Assembly (NCBI GenBank): GCA_002633005.1
Contig: NMRA01000293.1
Span: forward strand, 489,860-546,619
Direction of reading: 5' to 3'
Source: Phoronis australis
Lineage: Eukaryota > Animalia > Phoronida
Length of the DNA stretch: 56,760 bases
A program made the position numbers and the translations under genes. Positions 37,401 to 49,407 of this stretch are shown one piece after another. Numbering within the stretch: position 1 is the first letter of the stretch; each line of letters opens with the position of its first letter. The notes beneath the pieces were generated by a model. It saw only the letters and a list, made by a program, of their open reading frames with translations. It did not search any database and was not told the origin of the DNA.

Positions 37401-39269
37401 AAAAAGTCTGATATAACATGCCCGCATTTTGAGAACCAGTTCATGCCCGTTATTCAGTGGAGAAAACTGGTTATCAAAATGCAGGCACGCTATGTCAGAC
37501 TATTACCATATCACGACTGTTACCGTAACACATCTGCATTAACAAACAATTTATAAGATTCTACACTTTGTACTTTGCTGAAAAGTGATTTTTTTTCTGA
37601 AATACTTCTTTGGAGAATAAGACAGAATTTCTGAATATGTCTTGCTTCTCGTTCACACACCAGACCCGTAGTTTTGATATTTGTTACATTTTATGCACGT
37701 TCACATTACTTTGAAGTCAATAAATATCAAAATATCAACTACTGGCAAGTAGTGTACAAGCTAGGGGAGAGGTTATACTAGTTTTGATTTTTGGAGCAAA
37801 TGTGTCACAGTTTCACTAAAACTTGCCAGAAAAATAGTTACAGTACCCATCAAAATAATGAGACAAAATGACCCAGAATTCCCTGTCATTATGGCCAAGT
37901 ACAAACGGAATTCATCACCATAGTAACTCTAATGAACAGTTCTCATATATAATGGTGGGTAATTGCCCGTGGGGGAGGGGGGGAGCGACATGGACTTTTG
38001 TAAGCTAACTTTTAGGATGTACTGTAGTGTGCAGAGTTGCAGTATGTACAATGTTGATAAACCAATGAGGAAAATTCTGGAAAGGTTACCATCCTAAAGA
38101 ACAACAACTCACTAAATATAGCTCTTGTAGACTTTGCTTGTTAACTTCTGTTTAAAATGTCATTGGGAACCAAGCACTTATTTATTTCCGCTGCATGAAC
38201 AGAACATTTCCACCTGAAGACTGATGTATGAAGACATCCTTCATGCTGTTGTGCGGCTCAACTTCCAAGTGCCAGCATGTTTACATAGCCTTGTGAAACT
38301 AAACATTCAAACTCGTATAACTCTTGTAGGTTTAGTCCACCAAAAGTGGCTTTGAACTTGTTATTATGATGATCCAGGAAACAGGCTTAACTCTGAACAC
38401 AGAGAACTTTGAACACAAAGTTTCGGTCACAGGTGAAACTAAACAGTTAAACTACACACAAAAGGCTATAACTTGGAAGTTTTTGAAGGTTTCATTAATC
38501 AATAAGTTGGTAAATGAATTGTCCATAAATTGCATGTTTTCAAAATCATACAAGACATGCTCTTTTAAGCATACAAAAGAGTACAAACATATTTTGAGTT
38601 CTTAACTACAGTGCAAAAACCAACAGCTGATGCAGTGTACCCACAGAAAGCGTTCATTATTGTGTCATGTGACTGGTCTATTTTTAATGGAATTCTCAGT
38701 CCCATATTCAAATTTCAGGGTTGGTTAACCCCAATAAAATTGATGATTTCCCGCTGTATTTCTTGACTGTTTAAGAGTTTGTGTGTTCTCCTTGACAACA
38801 TAAAATAAGTCTTACCATGGCAAGGCCATTTATGAAACCGATTTTTAAGTAAAAGGTCCATTTTCATTTTCAGCCATTCTGTACAGGCCCTCACTTTTCT
38901 AACCTTTAAGAAGACCTCCACAGACAAACCCAAGTGCCTCATTAAAAGTACCTCCAAAGTGTTGATTTCCTCTACCAAAGATGATTTCCATCAACCCTGT
39001 CTCCAACATATGTTTCTATGCTTTTGAAAATGCCAATAATTGATGTTCAAACCACAAACCTCATTTAAGTAGGACAGACACTGGTCCAGATTATCTTTTG
39101 AACAAAAGTTTTGATTCAAGTCCAGACCATCCAATTTCTTTGGTGATGGCGTAAACTGCAACTGGGTTGAATAGTCGCCACAGTGCCTCGGGGTGGCGCT
39201 CTTGGCAGTGTAGAGAGCAGCGAAGTCACAATATCCATCGTCATCATTGTGTTTGTTCCAATTAGACAT
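19287..39269 (-). CDS. SSX2IP: Afadin- and alpha-actinin-binding protein (SSX2IP/ADIP-like), 12 coding exons
   Basis: Exons in transcript order: 39269-39060, 36572-36433, 35466-35298, 33482-33344, 32645 (or 32696/32747)-32573, 32153-31927, 30787-30677, 28446-28286, 27297-27130, 23269-23194, 22396-22267, 19482-19287. All are GT-AG and phase-consistent, 1800 nt with the shortest exon 5. The coiled-coil protein carries recalled SSX2IP motifs: FCSKDNLDQCLSYLNETLTVLGFSS, QFQHELKKKERE..KLKERL, DGRRGTW, EEMYRLLISSYEEKQK..MIENSDLR, FQMPY and RKAFEEEKAS...QFMQMTPF. Confidence 0.92.
20075..22254. mobile_element. hAT-like non-autonomous DNA transposon spanning the N-gap, 5-bp TSD CTCTA
   Basis: Perfect 16-bp TIR CAGTGGCGGATCTACG (from 20075) / CGTAGATCCGCCACTG (to 22254), with G/C-rich subterminal regions. 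CTCTA flanks both ends (20070-20074 and 22255-22259). Confidence 0.8.
20499..21138. other. Assembly gap
   Basis: Run of N. Confidence 0.99.
22267..22396 (-). CDS. SSX2IP: SSX2IP coding exon 11
   Basis: ctgcag|...GA|gtgagt; encodes PSFSAAPS...TPATGELYRTLGL. Confidence 0.82.
23194..23269 (-). CDS. SSX2IP: SSX2IP coding exon 10
   Basis: tttcag|AGA...G|gtaatg; encodes RKAFEEEKASILSKQFMQMTPF. Confidence 0.9.
25474..26578. repeat. 441-bp allelic duplication around a single N
   Basis: 25474-25914 versus 26138-26578, with a few substitutions and an N at 26137. Confidence 0.9.
25915..26136. mobile_element. Second, near-identical copy (left end only, cut by an N) of the 17645-18471 MITE
   Basis: TAA followed by GGGCTGTTCCAGCAAAATC...; nearly identical to about 17645-17865. 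Confidence 0.88.
26885..26958 (+). mobile_element. Degenerate tRNA-derived (SINE-head-like) sequence
   Basis: A-box-like AGCTCAGTAGTA, a CTAGA/TCTAG stem with a 7-nt loop, and a decayed B-box GATTTGATTCCC. Confidence 0.4.
27130..27297 (-). CDS. SSX2IP: SSX2IP coding exon 9
   Basis: ctgcag|CAG (NAGNAG acceptor)...GAG|gtatgt; encodes FLDDDLLEDQETL...EEERRYIKDAARKLNRE. Confidence 0.88.
28286..28446 (-). CDS. SSX2IP: SSX2IP coding exon 8
   Basis: cttcag|...CAG|gtagga; encodes ...EVDKLMKKISYYKGIVKQQQQLIQ. Confidence 0.87.
28547..29047. mobile_element. Kolobok-type non-autonomous element, TTAA TSD
   Basis: TTAA|GGTGATGTAGGACC ... GGTCCTACACACCC|TTAA (imperfect 14-bp TIR). Related fragments lie at about 2800-3498, 13250-13462 and 27829-28080. 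Confidence 0.7.
30677..30787 (-). CDS. SSX2IP: SSX2IP coding exon 7
   Basis: ttccag|...G|gtaaag; encodes GHFQMPYTMVRDPIHRSFNEKKKLLKERM. Confidence 0.87.
31012..31397. mobile_element. Harbinger-type MITE, CAG TSD
   Basis: Imperfect ~45-bp TIR: ...GTTGCATGAAACAATCCCAAATA / TATTTGGGACTGTTTCATGCAACTGGGCA. CAG lies on both flanks. Confidence 0.72.
31927..32153 (-). CDS. SSX2IP: SSX2IP coding exon 6
   Basis: ttttag|A CAT GAA...G|gtacaa; encodes HEEEMYRLLISSYEEKQK... Confidence 0.9.
32573..32747 (-). CDS. SSX2IP: SSX2IP coding exon 5 (three possible in-frame acceptors: exon start 32645, 32696 or 32747)
   Basis: gtcgcag|GTCTGGAT occurs three times; the core encodes LDILNTLQRSDGRRGTWRTNGST; donor AA|gtacgc. 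Confidence 0.8.
32613..32769. repeat. Perfect 51-bp triplication spanning an intron/exon boundary
   Basis: Units start at 32613, 32664 and 32715. Confidence 0.97.
33344..33482 (-). CDS. SSX2IP: SSX2IP coding exon 4
   Basis: ttgcag|AAC...G|gtaagt; encodes NKRLQSVIQHRTMQFQHELKKKERE. Confidence 0.9.
33707..34690 (+). CDS. Intronless 327-aa protein with a C-terminal PTB/PID-like domain, nested antisense in an SSX2IP intron
   Basis: This is the longest real ORF in the window. It has a disordered S/T/K-rich N-terminus. The last ~120 aa show the PTB pattern YMGS...(helix)...IGVGSPGL...HHLESVVHV...LFVYI...LRCHVY...NAQKLVDSV. A candidate upstream acceptor (tttttgatacctgcag) ends at 33656. Confidence 0.75.
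   Translation: MDKNIKFCSDKCQTPSSVTTESSSDDLPIAVTKKQLQKINAKQLSQTLLKEFSDLVCPIQEQEGGKIPISITQSEASTSNEKDSRLPVVKPTSSNNTKPKESIVERLLRYITPRSGPLVTNATKSSSAIAKEQKNKHKLPLSESEKTADESAMKTKHQLSVSPKTNRRISPIAQRDKQVFDQLANEPISANGGKISPCPSVNMVNSGSYMGSFELAGGTWTEECLKDVMLFSGEKNTNKGSRATIGVGSPGLITKNEQGRVQSVHHLESVVHVMAVAERGLFVYIRQSPQEGVHKLRCHVYVMDQASNAQKLVDSVITWKQKGKFSV
35298..35466 (-). CDS. SSX2IP: SSX2IP coding exon 3
   Basis: ttttag|A...GAG|gtataa; coiled coil. Confidence 0.88.
36433..36572 (-). CDS. SSX2IP: SSX2IP coding exon 2
   Basis: tttcag|ACT...AG|gtgatt; encodes TLTVLGFSSIFHD...FEDLENR. Confidence 0.88.
37405..37501. repeat. Short palindromic element (37-bp arms), MITE-like
   Basis: AGTCTGATATAACATGCCCGCATTTTGAGAACCAGTT / AACTGGTTATCAAAATGCAGGCACGCTATGTCAGACT. 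Confidence 0.75.
39060..39269 (-). CDS. SSX2IP: SSX2IP coding exon 1
   Basis: Acceptor tttttctag places the exon start at 39281; ATG at 39269; donor GAG|gtttgt. Confidence 0.87.
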
Positions 39270-39897
39270 CTACGCAGCTACCTAGAAAAATACATAATAC
39301 ACTGGCATGAAGCATAATTATTGCAAAATCCAAAACAATTCAATAAAATCATGAAGTACTACTACTAAATATATTATTTGTTGGGGTTATTAGCGACATT
39401 GAAACCTATTGCAAGTATGGTAGTTATTTTAATATCCTTTTAGTCACTAAATTCTGCTCTTCTGATCATGTGCTCATATTTTCTCTAGTAGTCTGTAGAC
39501 GTGTCAACTCCTACAACCATTAATTAGAGATCTTCACACAATGCATACACCTTGTATGTCTAGTGTTTTCAAAGGCTAAAATGTTCACTGCTATTAATAT
39601 TACATGTCATTTGAATGAGCTTTAGCCAGTACAAGCTGACACACAGCTTGATATAACCTAATCACCTTGCTTTGCACTAAGAATGACTGCTTATGACCAC
39701 AGAATATGATATCTTTACCAAAATGTAATATAATTGTCCCTGTATCCATTCTAATCATCTCCTGGATGTTTTTTGAAAATCTCTTTGTGATATGGCTAAA
39801 GAAGTGGTAGCTAACTGACTGATCGAAGATTTAACATACAAAAAAGCCAAAACATAACCCTGACATTTCATAAATTTTATCTCATGTAGTGAGATAA

Positions 39898-40027
39898 TAA
39901 AACCATTATTAACTTTCACATTTGGTCAATATGTTGTTTTTCAGACCCCAAAATGTGGTAATGACTCCAGCTCTGCCTTCGTCTGAGAAACAACATATTG
40001 ACCAAAGGGAAAGTCAATAATTGTATA
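39898..40027. repeat. Short palindromic element (~45-bp arms)
   Basis: TTATTAACTTTCACATTTGGTCAATATGTTGTTTTTCAGAC / GTCTGAGAAACAACATATTGACCAAAGGGAAAGTCAATAA. Confidence 0.75.
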
Positions 40028-40072
40028 AAATTAAAACTTATGTTATTTGTTTTCTATGTAAATGAAATAAAA

Positions 40073-40143
40073 GTGATATTGATGAGATAAACCATAAGGC
40101 AGAGTGGGGTGATATTGATGAGATAAACCATAAGGCAGAGTGG
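40073..40143. repeat. Tandem duplication with a 36-bp period
   Basis: GTGATATTGATGAGATAAACCATAAGGCAGAGTGG occurs twice. Confidence 0.9.
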
Positions 40144-43100
40144 AAAATCATTTTCAAGGCAACACTTTTTACATTTGAGTCGAAATGGTTCTGAATGTTT
40201 AGTAAATGAATTGCTGCTACCGGTCAGTAAAACAATAAAAAATTAACATTAAAGGTAAAGATTATATTTTGGCAGTGCATAATCAACATATTTCAGTAGA
40301 ACAGGTCAATGCATATTAGTTTTTCTATTTACTTTCTTGGCTCTTTTAATGAAAAACGAATGAAATGAGATCTGACCACGTGAAAATTGTCTGAAATAAT
40401 CCCAGCATTTTAATCAGACAAATTAGTGCCTGGAATTTTTTTTGAAATCAGGCACATATTTGCCAGAACACTAAGTGCTATCAAATTTCGCAGGATCAAT
40501 TCCACATTTGTTTAATTAATAAACTGTGCAAGTCAAACTGATCTGACCAATAGGTGAGAGTATTGCAAGTTGTGCTCTGAAGCCTATTTATTCAGATTTC
40601 ACCAGTCCCAGACACAGATGTCTGATAAGGGTGTCTTCAAGGCCTGGTTATAGGGGCTACACAACTTGCTGTGGGATTCTTAATCACATGGAGTCACTAT
40701 AGATTAGCAGAAATAAGAAATAATTCCTATAAAAAGAATCCTGCATCATCTCAGTGATTTTGATATACATGGGAACACAGCAACTATCACCATCAACTAC
40801 TAATACGATACGACTAAACCTACTACATGTAACTCTAGGGCACAGGGTTAAGAATGGGTGAATAATGATGTCCTATCTTCTACTTAAGCTGATTTTACAC
40901 AGGGAACAGTTGTGATGGTACTCCACTTTAGTTGCATTTACATGACATTATATTGTAAACTGGATCAGCATGAGTCATTTACATGAAGACTGTCTGCGCA
41001 TGCTTGCATAATTAATAACTATAGCAAATGTCCAAACCAGGAGTAACGCTACGTAGGGGATCACCCGTATACATGCTACTGTGCAAGCATAACAGAGATG
41101 ATCCTTTCTGCCTTGTACCATTTTGTGTTAAGACGTGTTACTGCAACTGAAGCAACTGATGGAGTACAAGCTGCTCCATGCAACTTTGTGTCAGTGGTGT
41201 TTACACACAGTTGGCACCCAATCAGCTGTTCAGTGTTTGTTGCTCCGTGACAACTGTGTCCCATGTAAATGCGGCTTAAGAAAGGACACTCGTGCAGTCC
41301 ATGAAGAAGGAGGACTGTCTATCTTGTACCAGTTTGTATCACTGTTCTTTGGCCATGACATGACACTGACCATAGTGAAAACCAGTAAAACTCACGATCA
41401 CTTTGAAAACAGATAATGTAGTTCTCAAGGTATGAAAGAGTAACCAAAGTTGATCAGTCACAGTTCATCCTTAATGGTTAGGTATATCATTAAAACAACG
41501 TTCTTCATCATTAATGTATTGTGAAATGTCCTTCATCCTGTGACCTGTGACAACATCACAATGTTAAAGCACAAGCTGGGTTATTTTTGTCTTTCGTGCG
41601 TAATTCTGCTTTCCTTGTAGGTAGCGTGCGTGCGTAATGACAGGTGTTTACAGCAACAATGGAATTCTAATTAAAAAACAGTTTTTATGGTAGCGGTACC
41701 ATTCTCTTAATCAAGATTATGTGGTTTCTTGTACTGTTGTTTGCTGCATCACTGCAGGTGTTTTGAAAAATATGGTTGGTGACAGAGAAAGGGAAGGGGT
41801 TGTTTACAACAACAGTATTGGTTCCAAGTAAAAACAGTGTACTCACGGTAATGTATTTTTTGTATTGTTTGTTTCATCACTGCAGAGGGGAGGGTTTGAA
41901 AAGATGATGGATGATGACAGAGGGGGATAGGGTTGGACGTCGGGTGATGTCATCAATTGTTACAAATACATTAACAGTGCTGAAGTCAAAATTTTGAGAA
42001 TAAAGGCTTTAGTACTGCAAAAAATCTCAAATTTCGACAGTGAAATTTCCAGAAATAGGCAATTGGATGTCTCAAACTCAAAAATACTGGAATAGATGGC
42101 AAATTATCCATTCTGAAATTTTGGAATCTAACTGGTAGATTGTGGTTGTACTTTGCATATCGTCACCGGTCATCTGGAATCTTGTGTGAATTGGGAGTAA
42201 ATTGGTGATTAATTTACAACTTGGTTACGAATTTGAACAATGTGTGCAAAGCACCATTCGAGAGACCCATGAATTCCAATAGGGTGTGATCATTATCGAT
42301 TGTTTAATCATTCATGGTGAATGATTGGAGACATAGGTGTTGTCATAAAACAGTGATCTTTTTACTGATACTTAACGATCATCTCCTTCAATTATGAGAT
42401 GAAAAAACACTTAATTCCATGTCCACTTTCAGACTCTGTAGATTGGAAACACAGTGACTGAAGAGAAATATGGTGAACGCCAAAATCAACCTTGTTGTAA
42501 AAATAACAAAAAGAAAATTACAATTTTTGCAGGACTTTCCATTGCAGGAATTTCTATGTCCCTAATTCTAGAGACTGTCCCAAACAGGAAAATTTTTACC
42601 TGAAAAATTTACCTGTGGATTATAACTAACCTTGATTACGTAACTGCCAGGCTATTTTAAAGGAGGGTCCTTTTGTCATCCAAACAGAAAATCAAGTAAT
42701 GGGAACGTTTACTTAACCCTTTCAATATAAATACTGATAGTGGGGTGGGATGGTGGGGGTTAGGGCTAGGCCACAGCAGGTAATGACAAAGGTGGGTACA
42801 GGGCAAAGGTGGCAAATTTAAGATGATGTACTAACAATTTAAAATGTTCTTTTCCACATGGTGTCAGAATTTGCCTTTTTATTCCTTCACATTTCCAAGA
42901 TGTGAATTAAGTACACTAGTAGACAAAGCTGGTTGAATTTCCACACTCGATTGTATTAACACCAGCATTGAGATGCCTGAATTATTTCAAACATGAAGGC
43001 AACACATTTAAAAAGACATGGGTGAGTAGAGAGCATGTCACCACACCCCAATGCACCACAACATACTCTAACAATGACAGAGGTCCATTATAACAATAGA

Positions 43101-46100
43101 GGTCACAGGACACCTTGAAATGGGATCAAGGATAAGCTAATCCCTGCATTGATAGTTATTGATTTAATTGCAACCTTGTGATAACCTTTTGGAACATTAG
43201 CACATTATTGTACCATAATCCACATCTTCCTCACATAGGCTAAAAACACTATGAAACTTTAAACATAAGAAACCAGCTGTGAGATCTTAAATCTTTAAAA
43301 AGTCCATCCAGGAACCTTTACAGATACTGATAATGAATTATTATCAGCATTTGTTTAATTCTTAGGTGTAATGCTTATCTCTTCCACCAATGGCTCGAGA
43401 AGGCAAGAAATGATCAAAGTAACCACTTTCTGGACACTAACAGGTGCCGTGGTGTTGCAACTTTCTCATAAAGAAATATGTCTTTCTTTAAAAATGGAGT
43501 TGAGGAAAATCTCACCTTTTGCTGATAAGTTTCACTATCACTGATTGAAGAAACTGTTCAGAGCTCACCAACTGCAAACAATTCTTGACTACTAACACCT
43601 CTAGATTGATGATGTATGATAAACCCATGTGCACCTGTTGCCCACTAACCACAACACACCTGAATAAAATCACTGAAACCAGTCACCAGTGCACAAAAGA
43701 CAGAAGCACTTATACAGGTACCTCCAGTCACTCTGGTGGGACATTTCACAGTAGGGATTCATGCCCTGAAAAGGGTACAGCAATTAGGTAAAGGGGTAGG
43801 GTTACATTTGCCTTGTGCATGGAATAGAAAGCTTGAAGCCCCAGGGTTTAATGGCAATAACAAAAACTTCACCTGCCACACAATGAAAAAGGTTAGAGTT
43901 ACCAAGGCTGGAGTTTAGTTACCTTTTAAAAATAACAATAACACCATTACAAGTCACTGCCTTGAAGAGATAACCCCCAAAAGGTTTGTCATATTTATAG
44001 ACTTTCAAGAGGAGGTCTGAAAGTGGAAGTTTCTAAATGAGAATATTGGTTCCTGGTTCAAATGCACCAATAAGATACATACAGTGCTCCAATAAGACAT
44101 GTTCATAAAGTCTCAAGGCAGCTCCAACCCAGCCTTTAACCAATCACCAATAAGCTCAAAGCTGCTCACACAAGCAGAGAGGTCTATTTATTTGTTCTAC
44201 ATTAATGAACACATGTAATGGCACATACTATGTAACAGAAGCCCCAATCAAAACATCTACCTACAGCACATGATAGGGGGTAGCATGTGGTGGTAGAGTT
44301 GTTGCAGGTTCCAATCTAAACATCCACCCACAGGACTGGAGGCAGTGTTGTGCCCTTGTGGTAGAGTTGTTCCAAATCATATAGGAAAGTGGACCATGTA
44401 GGAATTCATACTTAGCGTAACAACATAGGAATTGTAAAGTGTGATATCAAAATAGTGTTCACCTTTGCAAGTTCAAATATCAACTGTATGTAAATATAAA
44501 TCGCTCATTAAGCATACGATGTTGTGGCATGATCACTAATATTCTACCGGAACTTGTTTAAATCTTGATTTTGAGTTCCGCCATGTAATCTGTATTAATG
44601 ATTGATCTTCGCAGTCAAAACAAAATGATACCTTTCAGAGTAAACACAATACACCAAAGTGATAAAAATGCAAAAAAGTAACATTCTCCTTCAGGACCTC
44701 TTTTAGTTCACTGGCAGTCAATCTAGTTTGGTGTTTGTTTAAAGTAAGACAACATCATAACAATAACACATTTCTGCCAGTTACAATGAGAAAGTACAAA
44801 CATCTTTCATTTTAACAGATGTTCAAAATGATTTTTATATCATACCCATAAAGATCATGACACCCCAAATTGTTGCGCTATGTAGAAATTACTGCATTGT
44901 TCTGAGCAATGTAAAAATACTCCTCTATCATGAAAATTCCTACATGGTTCAGAATAGAGTTGCTCCTGTCTCATCGTGGGCTCAAATCCCGCTAGACCAC
45001 ACTGTGGGACACTAGAGTAAGGCAACACCTACATGTATCATGTGTACGCTCCATAGCTCACTTGTGAGTTATTTCTCAAGCACAAAATGTATTGTTATGT
45101 AGGAGTACTGTTCAAACTAAAAATGAATTTAAACTACTATGGCTGTGAAGTATTATGATACAATTAGAGTACAAATAACACATGGTGAAACTTCACCCAT
45201 TTAGGACACTATATCATTATGGTGGACAGGTGAAATTGTATGTTCTCACATTTCCATTAAAGATAGATGGTGCCAAATTGATGCTTTGCCATATCCATGT
45301 TCTGCACCACAGATACCAACAGACAATATTATGAAAAAATGTTGTCATTCACAGCAATGCAAGAAGACCTTGAAAAGCGAAGAAAAAGCTATTATGGAAA
45401 TTATTTTTGTCTGAAATTGGTCAGGTTTTACCTCAGTCCTGCCTTCTGGAGCAGGGAAGGCTGTATATAGAGATGAAAATGAATAATTTTTCATGATGTT
45501 CTGGTAGAAAATTCAGTCACAGGTACAGTAGGTACACCAAGGATATCAGGAAATCCATCTTTTTAAATGGGATCCGCTCAAAAGACGGAACTTGGACTAC
45601 TAGAACAAAACTAAAGAGACTATCACCTTAGTAACACAAGCATGCTAACTGAAGGAACAAAGTACATGCCCTTTTTAAAACTTTTTGATCCCGAAAATGA
45701 ACCATTTTCAGCTGTATTGAATTAATGATGAAAAGACACACTTTTGTATGTAAATTGTGGTAAGTCACGCTCTACAACTTTAGAACCATGAATTACCAAT
45801 GCTCTGTACCAAACATACACATGTGGACATTCTTGGCAATGTTGGAAACCTTGAAAAATTAGAAAAGGAGTACGGGGGGGGGGGGTANATGTTGTCGGGC
45901 ATTGGTGAGAATTTACCATATGACCATTTAGGTCAATGAATTTTTGTCACAGATTCAAGATCCAAAATTAGCATAAAAAACAAGTTTTTCAGTTTCCATT
46001 ATGTCACCAGAGATATTACCGTTCAACCTTGAAACCATGGATATCGACCTTGAGACTATGGACATTGATAGGTTTCCCAAAGATAAAAATTCAATTAGAA

Positions 46101-49100
46101 CACATGTGTTTTGAGTTGCACTACATTGGACAGCTGTGTATATGGGCAACATCTCATTAGACCAGTTTGGCAGACAACTAATTACCCTTCTCAGACATTC
46201 TCATTGAATCTGCAAGGTTTAACAAACAAAGGGATAAAAATTATTCACCGTTGTCATAGCAACAGAATGCATCTAGTGAGAAGTCAATTCAAGTCATGCT
46301 TTAAAAGAACACAGGACAAGTAATAGATCTAGAAATAAAGAACACAACACAATAGCTTCAGTCTGCTAACAGTAGTACTTTGAGCATTGTACTAGTCAGA
46401 GTGCTAACATTAATTGAATGAATGGATTTGATACATAATAATGGGTCCAATCAATGGTTTGAAACTCTGAGCCAGAAGGACTTAATGATTTTATGATTTA
46501 TGAAGGTAGGTCAAGTTCCTATAATTTGTATTTGGTATTAAGGCTGATTAATAACCGAATTATCGTATTAGCTTCAATATCAGTTTTTGGACAATAAAAT
46601 TAATAGAAAATGACAACATTTCACAAAACATTCATACTTAGATACTGATTGTCAGACATTTAGTCGAAGTTCAGTCAAGCATCATCACTGAGTAACTCTT
46701 TACACAATGACTGCAATGATGATCATTTTTCAATTTTCAGTATGAACCCACAGTTGATTGTGTTCAATTAGAAAATAGTATAAACCCAGCCATTTTGTAA
46801 CAAAATTTTATAACCCACTAAAACTGGTTTCAACTTGTATCTTACTCAGATGAGCAAGGTTTTCACAGGGATATATGGAAAAAATGAAAGGTCGCCTGTG
46901 CTTGTGACCACGCTCAGCATAAAATGACCCAGAGTAGCAAGCCAACTTAACGAGCCTGGTCTCAAACAATAGCTGTGTAACGGAAATTTCTTCTCAAGCC
47001 TGGAAATTCACTCTAATATGAAGAAAGAACAAGTTGAGAATAGTTTTAAATAACGTTAAAATGTTTAAACCAACATTTTTGGGGGAAGGCACATTTATAA
47101 CCACTATATATTAACACAAGCCTTAGAATAATTTGGATGAAAATAAATTTCTGAGGTGTAAAAATGTTAATGCCCAGTAACTCTAGAGCTTTAGGCCTAG
47201 AGTAGTGAAAATTTACCATACTAACCTTGGTATGTATCACAGATGCTTCAAATTGTTGAATATATACGGTAAGTGCTCATAATGTATTCTACTGATCAAC
47301 ACACACAGCCATGTGTAGAATAACAATACAAGGATATACATATACAAACAAGGTAAATAACATAATTAGATACACACCACTCCCTGTTCCCCAGGGTTAG
47401 TGAACCAATAGAAGTACCATCTGATAACTCGTGCTCAAATTCTCTCCAACATCTTTCATCAGACAATTTTTTGTAAAGTGTACATTTTCAACGTTAGGAG
47501 ACATTGAAAATCTAAAAGGGCAATTTTGTAAATTATTTTTGTACGAAATTGGTCAGATTTTAGTGTACTGGACCCATTAAGTCTCGGTTTAGTGTCAGAT
47601 AAGGTAGCAGAATAGAACACAAAACGAAAGCACCACGCACTGGTCACCTCAAGTTCTTTGTAAACCATAGATTGGTTCATGTTTAGGGGTGGAAGCTTTT
47701 GGATTTTCCACACAGCTAAACTACATCTCTAATTACATATAAAATCAGACAAGGTTCATGGATTGATTCTGTCTGCAGGAAGATTCAGTGCATAGAAACA
47801 CATCTGTCAACTGTCATGAAGATCCTCTGGGGGATTTTGGAGAGACGGCAGAGGATGCCGGACAGAGACGATGGCATAGAGACAACATGTAAACATATGG
47901 GCTCATAAAATTAATATAATTTCAATTTCAACCCAGCCATGATGCACATATCTTTGATTAAAATAATGATACATGATGTCAGTGGTTAGTTAAGTTTATA
48001 GGTCTAGTTAATAAACAACTCTAATGCCAAAATACTTAACACCTTCCAAACTACAATGCACAGACCTCTGGTGACCAGTTAGCACTCTACCGTAATATAT
48101 TGTTCATGGTAAAGGTGCACTATCTGAATGCTGGTCAGCTTCAGCAGTAATAGGGTTCATTGTGTGAGCGACAAGTTTCTACTGTGCAAAATAAGTGTTT
48201 TGTACAGGGCAGTAAGGGTTCTGCTCCTTGGGAGGAGTTCTCCATATGGCCTGTAGTAAGACTTTGCTTTTCACTCCTGTTCCCTAAACATCAACTGCTC
48301 CAGAATCTGCAGCGATATGTCTGGTAGACTGCATACAGCATTCGTAAATAATTCAGCTTCTGCTTCCGTTTTGGACAATTGGTTATGGCGTTTGAAGCTT
48401 GTGACGGGTTAGCCATTTAAATTAACTGAAAGTCTGAGAACAAGTTACTTCCATAACACCAGGCATTATCCATAGGATGTAACTTGTTTCCACCACTTCT
48501 GGAAAATTTAGATGGCAAAAATGCAGGATTACCTATTTTTGTTATTCACATGATCTTTTAACACATTCGCCTCTTCTGTTTCACTGATTTGCAGATGATA
48601 GCCACGAGTGATATAAATTTCCAGTTCTTGGTGCAATATGTACAAGTCAAATAAATCATCTCTAAATTGCATGCTAATTTGGTTAACTGCTTCTTGGCTG
48701 AATGATTTGGACGTTCGACTCGCACACTGGTGGCAGAGTGAACAGGTAGATTTTTCTACATAGGAGCCTGACTTAGTTGAGATCCATGACCCGGAGAGGC
48801 ACACATAGGACTCAATATGGTGAAGGGTAGTTTCCGAACTCACAAACACACCCCCAAAAGCAGGACCGCCCTCCTATTTGCACTACATGATCAAGAGAAC
48901 TGCTATGAATTTTCGGTTCCACATGTGACTTAGTTAAAAAAATTGCTTAACAGAGAAGTGCCTATTAACTGATTGCTTTGGATGGTCAACTTATATGCTT
49001 GCAGCGCAGGTGCATTATATATTGACAATGGAGAAGTGGATTTTTCTACAAGAACCAGGGTAGGCAGAATAAAGATCAGATACACGCAGAGCAATTGGCA

Positions 49101-49407
49101 ACAAAAGTGACAACACTAAACAAGACAGTCAGAGTCAAAGGTCCTGACTGTCTCCTCTCAATTTTGACTCACTCTACTAACCGATTCAGATCACCAACCA
49201 CACTCGCTTACTTGTCTTAGTCACACAGAGCAATGATTAGTCCCTGCATGCTGATTTTGAGAACCAGGCAATAATATTCAGAGGAAGAACCTAACTCTTT
49301 AAGTCAATGGCTGCAATATCCTGCCCTACCAATGGGCGCTTAACTCCACCTTTTCAGAACAAACTTCTGCGTGTGTGAGGTATGTTATAAAAAGATAACG
49401 TCACCAG

